From contig JAUCBJ010004710.1 in the NCBI GenBank assembly GCA_032718475.1, forward strand, positions 14,493 to 78,492: a stretch of DNA of 64,000 bases, read 5' to 3'. Source of the stretch: Nemertoderma westbladi (Eukaryota; Animalia; Xenacoelomorpha). The position numbers and the translations under genes are program-made. Under the pieces are notes generated by a model. It worked only from the letters and a program-made list of their open reading frames with translations, made no database searches and was not told the origin of the DNA. How positions within the stretch are numbered: the stretch's first letter is position 1; each line of letters begins with the position of its first letter. This document shows, one piece after another, positions 57,194-64,000 of this stretch.

Positions 57194-60100
57194 ATGAGTG
57201 AATCGGGCGAGACACCGACGCGGACCCCGGACGAAGATCAAACGATCCGCGAGGCCGCAACCAAGCGATACAGGCCCACGACGCCGGAGCCATCGATAAC
57301 GGGCGAACCGGAAGTTGAGGATGAGGGGGGCCTGGAATCCGAGGTCGAGCCAAGAGAGAAAGAGAGCGAGATGGAGGGAGAAGGAGATGAGTCGACACGG
57401 GACGGAGAACGGCGCGCCGATGTCGCCGGCCAGCTACCGGCCGAGGGCGACGAGCGGCCCACCGAAACGGCGACGGTGGGGCCGACGGTGCGACGCCGGA
57501 CGCGAAGAGACGGAGGAGAGATTGGTACCGATGTCGCCGGCCAGCTACAGGCCGAGGGCGACGGACGGCCCACCGGAACGGCGACGGTGGAGCCGCCGGT
57601 ACGACGTCGAACCCGGAGGGACGGAGGAGAGGTCGGTGACGAGGACGTCGGGGTTTCAGAGCGACTTCGACGGGCCTACAACGCGACCCGGAAGCTGATG
57701 AAGGACGCCAAGAAGGAAGGGGCGAAGGTAGACGAGGTGAGACTGAGAAAGCGACTAGGTGAGTCGGATAGACACTTAAATTACCTAATACGTTTTGGGC
57801 AGAGAGAACTAGCCGAAACGAGAGCACATGAGATTGCCGGGGAACTGTTTGAACTATGGGAACGTGGGAGTATGGAACCTAGCGTAGCGTCAGTGTACAT
57901 AGGGCCATACTTGGTCGATGCCCGGGGAGTAAAACCAGTGGGTTGGAGGGGACTCGAAGGGGGCGAATCCGAGGTTAACCCCGAGGATTCGGCCTCGTCG
58001 GTCGGAGAAAGCTCCGGGAGGCGGGGGAAAGTTAGTAGGTCGGGAAGGCGGGGGAAGTCCGTCACAACCGACAAGTCTGTTACATCCTCCGCGAAAGAAA
58101 GAGCGGTGAGAGAGATAGGTGCCGAATATCGTCTCAGCATGGCAGAGAAAGGTCACAGAGAAATGGGGAAACGGCTAGAGGAGGGGAGAGAGCGGTTAGC
58201 GAGGGAAGCGGCATTGATTAGAGAAACCGGAGAGAGGGCCGAAAGGGCTTTGAAAAGTCTAAGGGAGTGTGATGAGATAGAGGAAAGGGAGTGTAGGGAG
58301 CGTGAGGCGAGAGAGGAAAGGAAACGCGAGGAACGTGAGGCAAGGGAGGAAAGGGAACGCAAGGAGCGTGAGGCGGAACGCAAGGAGTATGAAGCGAGAA
58401 GGGAAAAGGAACGTTAGGAGTATGAAGCGAGAAGGGAAAAGGAACGCAAGGAGCGCGAGGCGAGACGAAGGGAGAGCGCTAGGAGCATAGCAGAGTCGGC
58501 CAGTCGGGACACCCAGGAGTGTGAGAAGAGAATGGCAGAGGCTGAAAGAGAGAACAAGGAAATAGAGAGACTGCAGAGCGAGTTTGCGGGAAGTAGGATT
58601 AGACGGGCGCACGAGTTGCAATTGGTGCGAGCAACGCCGTCTGAAAGCGGGGCCGGCTCGAGTATTTTTGAGGAGCCGGGGGCCGTAGATACATTTATTA
58701 ATGCCCCACTGACAGGGACCGTACGACAGACCCAAAACTGGTGCGACCGTACGGGCGGGGGGGGTAATAATAATAATGGTACAGTAGACGTTGTTAATAT
58801 TGATAATACCGTATGGGACGACACTAATCAAACCTTTATTACAGGAAATACTTTGCCTAGTGGTAGTAATTTAAATTTAAATCAGAACAATCCCAATATT
58901 AATGTAGAAAATAATTCTAATATTGATGTAGTTACGCAAAATAATTCAAATAATCAAAATAATAACCCAAATTCGAACCTACAAAGTAATTTAAATAATG
59001 ATCTAAGCCCGAATTTACAAAATAATTCAGATAACGTGGTCGCGCAGAATAATACAAATGATTTTGTTTTAAACGAGCAAATTGATTCCGTTTCCAATAT
59101 GGGTGCTATTAATGTAAACACGTCGGGCCTACATAACCAGGCGGAAGAGGGCCTGGTAGGCCACGTAGTTAGCAGACAGGGAGCAGAGGGCCTGGTAGGC
59201 CACGTAGTTAGCAGACAGGGAGCAGAGGGCCTGGTAGGCCACGTAGTTAGCAGACAGGGAACAGAGGGCCTGGTAGACCACGTAGTTAGCAGACAGGGAG
59301 CAGAGGGCCTGGTAGGCCACGTAGTTAGTAGACAGGGAGCAGAGGGCCTGGTAGGCCACGTAGTTAGTAGACAGGGAGCAGAGGGCCTGGTAGGCCACGC
59401 AATAACAGGAGGAGAAGCGGGGGTAAATAGACCCGACCGTGGTAGGGTTGATGTGTCGACTAGAGAGGTATATAATAGCGGGGAGAGAGGTAGCGAAGTT
59501 AGATGTAGCGAGTGGGGGGGCTACGAGGACCCCACAACAGAGAGTTAGCGGCGGGAGGGGGGGGGGGGGGGCAGGGAGTGTCCCACAGCCGTCAGCGGAT
59601 AATGCGAGGGCCGAAATAGGTAAACCGCAACAACCGGCGACGGAAAGTAACAGGGGGATTGCGGATATCCCCAGCGGCGTGCGACCGAGCAGAGAGAGAC
59701 AGGTTGACGTCGCGAGAGGGCGGACGAAGCGTCGAGCCCGATCAGAGGAGGGAAGAAGAACAGTGGGGTTTAACCGGGAGGTCGACGAGAGATCTCGCGA
59801 GCGGGAATATTCCACTGATAGGAGAAGAAAGGAAGACAGTAGTAGAAGTATCGCCGCAAACGATAGAAGAGCGAGGACGGACAGCGAGCCGTCGGTAGTC
59901 GAGATGAGAACGGAGAGTCAGTGGGGTCGGACTCCGGGAGATTGCCGTCGCCCCGGAGAGATGCGATCCGGTGAGATGCATTACACGCCGAGAGAGGGGT
60001 ACATGATGTACCGGTACGAAGATGAGAACAGTAGAGGGGGGGGGGGGGTCGAAGAGAAACTTTCCGACGGAATACACCTATCGATCGAGAATACGGTAGC

Positions 60101-60569
60101 CACGGGGAGGATTATTCGAGAAGAATAAACTTCGATCCCGAGCAACACATGCAGACTGTAGGACATACTGTAGGCCTTACTGCACATACCATAGGCCATA
60201 CTGAGAGAGGCTATGTAGGCGATAGGATAGCGCGGACAACGGGATTGGACCCGGAAGTCGCAGAATACATACCGGCGAGTAGGCCAGAAGCTGATAGGCC
60301 TGTACCGGTACCAGCACAGCAGTATGACTACAGCATGCAGGGACATAACATATACCCAGGGGAGGGGGGAATTATTGCGGATAGGTGTATGGGCCCCAAC
60401 ATATTAACATCAACCCCAGTACCAGACATACCGGTGGGGGGGGGGGGGACAGGGTGACATTCCCCCATCACAATATCAACAATATACCCTGATAGGAACA
60501 AGAACAACGAGACCCCTGGATGAAAACAGGTCGTGTGATACAGACATATGGAGGGGGCCGCTACCCCCG
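57194..60569 (+). pseudogene. Broken N-terminal extension of the BEL/Pao polyprotein (acidic, E/R coiled-coil, N-rich and repeat segments)
   Basis: ORFs 57194-58417 and 58532-59548 share a frame across one TAG; later frame changes coincide with G-runs at 59514-20, 60036-48 and 60436-48, and the frames after the last two runs are open into the next ORFs. Confidence 0.7.
59147..59400 (+). repeat. 39-bp coding repeat (AEGLVGHVVSRQG) x ~6.5 inside the BEL/Pao ORF
   Basis: Directly visible in DNA and in ORF 58532-59548. Confidence 0.95.
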
Positions 60570-63500
60570 ATGACATATCCGAGTCAGAGAAGATCAAGAA
60601 ATAGGACGGACGAACCGCACCAGACAGGAGAAACTATGCAGCGCCCGTCGAATCCATTGGAAGCGCAGGCGATGGGGATGGCCACGTTGATCGATGCGTT
60701 GAAAACGAGGATCGAATTACCACCCGTGGAACCATTCAAATTCGATGGGAGTAGGCCGGAAGAATATTTACAGTTTCGGCGCATGTATAGTAACGAAATA
60801 CTAACAAAGAACTTGACGCAGGCGGAGTGCCTAAAGTATCTGCAAGTATACACGGGAGGCCCAGCATACGATATCGTGAGGCAATATCAAGGAATAGAAG
60901 GCGGCTTCACGACAGCATGGCGGGCACTGGATAGGGAATACGGGCACCCGGCCAAGATCATCAGGCAGACGCTGAGAGGCATAACATCGGGTGGCCTACA
61001 GGACAACCCCGTTAGCATTAAGACGTTTGCTAACAAAGTCGAAAAGGCGCTAATCGTGCTGAAGACGCTAGACGCGCCGTACGAGCTCAATGCGTCCAAC
61101 AACATCACCACGATAGCGCAGGCACTACCGAACTGGCTGCGCAACAAGTGGAGGAAGATCGCTTTCTCCACTCGAGACAAGAAGGGTGCGGAACCGGGTT
61201 TAGAAGAAATGTCAAACTTCTTAAATTACGAGGCTGAACTAATAACGGACCCAGTCTATAGTGAAGATAGCCTGGGAAAGGGACCAAAGACGGATCACTA
61301 CAGACCGAAACCAGAGCACAATACATCAAACGCATTGCTGAGGCTCAGGCAATCATTGCCATACGCAGCGACGCAGGGGACTGCAAGTCCACAGGCAAAC
61401 GAAGATAAGACAACATCATGGAACGGACAGGGGAACAATAACAACATGAATAAACATAACCCCAGTACGTCCAGTAGGCCAAATCCAGTCAATAAGAATA
61501 GTAGGGACTTTGGTACGAATATAACTGCGATACGCAATGCATTGTATAAAGAGGGCTACGACCCAAAGAGCAAATGCCAGTTACACGCAAATGCGCTTCA
61601 TAAAACCATGAACTGCAGGTACTGGCAGGCGCTACCGAGGCAAGACCAGATAGATTACGCGTCGAGCAATAAAATCTGCTCGCGATGTGTGAAGAGTGGA
61701 CACAAGGCCAGGGAATGCCAAGAGAAGCCGGTCAAGTTTGGCCAAAGGAGAGGCCAAACGATGGCAACGAGCACGGTAGGGGCGAAGAAGAGAGGCACGG
61801 TGTTACTTGGAGTAGTACCGGTGCGAGTGATCGGGGAAGGCAATCGATCAGTAACAACACTAATGCTGGTTGATAGTGGAGCTGCCTTCACATTAGTCGA
61901 GGAATGGGTAGCCGAAGAAATAGGATTGAGAACAAGGCCAAGCAGAATGGCGGTAACAACCATCTCTAGCAAAGATGAGATCCTAGAGATGAGGACAGGA
62001 CGGTGCGCAATTGCAGCAGTGGCACCGGGATGCGACTATGGGGCAACCATCGACCCCATCCAAGTAATAGAGTCAATTAACATCAATGCCAGGCGGCCAA
62101 CCAACATCGAGGTCGAGCAATACAAATTCCTGGACGACATTGACTTCTCGATCCCAGACGTGGACGTTAGGAAGGTATCCATCATAGTAGGAATGGACTG
62201 CCCGACGGCCCACGAAAGAATGCAAACGGTCTTCGGCGAAGACAAGCAGAGTGACCCGGTGGCCATATTAACACCATTCGGGTGGACGCTGAGTGGTCCA
62301 ATTAAGAGCAAGATACCATTCAGGATGTCGGAGACATCAGGATGCATGTTCGCGGGAACAATGCAGGAAATGGGTGATGAGGGAGCAGAGGAGCAGCTTA
62401 AAAGACTGCTCAGACAAGACTTTGAGGGACTGAAAGAGACCGGGGTCGGGACCTCGGTAGAAGACAAACAGGCTCTACAAAGCGTGGAGGAATCGATGAC
62501 GTGTGATGAGGGGCGGTATACAATAGGAATGGTATGGAAACTACCGAAGATACCGTTACCCGACAATAGGGGGATGGTACTCACGAGACTCCGCAAGCTG
62601 AAACAAACACTAAAACGGAGCCCCGAGAAGAATGAGTACATCCACAGGACGATTAAGAAGTACGTCGAGAAAGGATGGGCCGTGGAGTTACCGGTCGACG
62701 AGCCGAACACGGATAGAACATATTACCTGCCACTGCACGTGGCTTTAGACCCAAAGAAAGGTAAACTTAGGATGGTAGTCGATGCATCGGCAAAGACCGA
62801 CGGAAAGTGCTTAAACGACTACCTACTAGAGGGCCCAAACATATACAATTCGGGCATAGAAGTACTACATAGATTTAGGAATGGGAAACACGCCTTCACG
62901 TGTGACATAGAAGGCATGTTCAACCAAGTCCGTGTAACAGAGGAAGACAGCGACAGTCAACGCTTCTTATGGTATAACGGCGAGGAAGAACCGCCTATAA
63001 TACCGGCATATAAGATGGTAGTACAAAACATGGGGGCCAAGTCGTCCTCATTTACGACGACTATGGCAGTGAGAGACACGGTAAAGGGGAAGGAAGATAG
63101 ATACAGCAGTAGGGCCGTCGATATGATTCGACGCGGCTTCTACGTAGACGACGGTATGGAGTCTGGAAATACGGTTGAGGAGATACTGGAAACAGGGCGC
63201 GAGGTTCGCGACATCCTGAAAGGATCCGGCTTCAACCTGACCAAATTCCAATCCAGTTCAGAAAAATTTATCAAGGCAATAGAGGACAAGAAACCAGAAT
63301 CGACCATGGACAACCCTACAACAGCCAAAGGACAGGACATGGCGAATAAGAGAACACAATCTCAGCAAAAGGCGTTGGGAATCGTGTGGGATAGAGGAAC
63401 AGACGAACTGAAGTATCAGCTGAGCCAGGAGGGCGCAGACACCCATACGAAGAGGGGTTATGTATCGTATATAGCAAGGATATACGATCCCCTAGGCCTA

Positions 63501-63875
63501 GCATCCCCATTACTAGTCACGGGGAAACAGATACTCAAGAGAGTATATAAATTGAAGGATGAGTGGGACGTAGAGGTACCAGAGGACATCAAGAAACAGT
63601 GGAGCAAATGGACAGGAGACTTGGAGAGGATGGGAACATACAACATGCCGCGAGTGTATTTCCCGGATGGGAACATGACGAATCTGGACCTACACATGTT
63701 CTCCGACGCGTCGTTGGAAGCGTACGGAGCGGCACTCTACTTAGTACAACGAGAAGGGGCTCACAAGCCAAGGCTAGCCTTTAGCAAAGCAAAGTCAACG
63801 CCGCCAGATTCAGCATCTGTTCCCAAGTTAGAATTGACAGCTGCGAGACTAGGAGTAAGAGCCACAGCCTACTAG
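60570..63875 (+). pseudogene. BEL/Pao Gag-Pol: DUF1759-like gag, Cys/His knuckles, aspartic protease, RT, RNase H; truncated by LINE insertion
   Basis: FDGSRPEEYLQF (gag), CQLH...H...C and CSRCVKSGHKAREC, LVDSGA, YYLPLH / LRMVVDAS / DIEGMFNQV / FYVDD, LHMFSDAS..AYGA..SVPKLEL; the stop codon comes from the inserted LINE tail. Confidence 0.93.
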
Positions 63876-64000
63876 GACTACTAGGATCGGCATGCTGCAT
63901 TGCAGCTGCATTTTTAAGAATGCTGTGCCGGCTTGTCAACAAAATTGCACCGCCACAACTCCCTATCACCCATGACATTTGCTAGATCATCCGCATCTTT
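63871..64000 (-). mobile_element. 3' end of young RTE-clade LINE, copy 3, inserted in BEL/Pao RNase H (runs off the window)
   Basis: CTAGGATCGGCATGCTGCATTGCAGCTGCATTTTTAAGAATGCTGTG... is near-identical to sequence from 29990 and from 43797. Confidence 0.93.

Larger units (their letters stand above)
56547..63870 (+). mobile_element. BEL/Pao LTR retrotransposon (integrase and 3' LTR not in window)
   Basis: Domain order gag, PR, RT, RNase H with BEL-type motifs; see the pseudogene entries. Confidence 0.95.

Overview
Eukaryotic (animal-like, intron-containing) genomic DNA; the organism cannot be named from the sequence. About two thirds (~42 kb) is tandem repeat in six unrelated arrays (12, 7/8, 44, 26, 49 and 65 bp units). 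Most of the rest is nested retrotransposon sequence: several RTE-clade LINEs, a CR1/L2-group 3' end, a CRE-like 3' end and a large BEL/Pao LTR element. One host gene can be fully rebuilt on the minus strand: a divergent 255-aa tetraspanin with five coding exons (41162-41085, 38747-38553, 32576-32400, 32016-31837, 29417-29280; all GT-AG, all phase 0). The most unusual observations are: (1) the end of tetraspanin exon 2 plus its GTAAGT donor is amplified into ~78 tandem copies, and only the first donor gives an intact protein; (2) the gene's 5' end (UTR exon plus first coding exon) appears duplicated, giving two candidate N-termini; (3) a short non-autonomous element has its own 3' terminus amplified 53 times, and a relative of it interrupts the 29-kb satellite. 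All long repeat-derived ORFs in the ORF track are judged artefacts.
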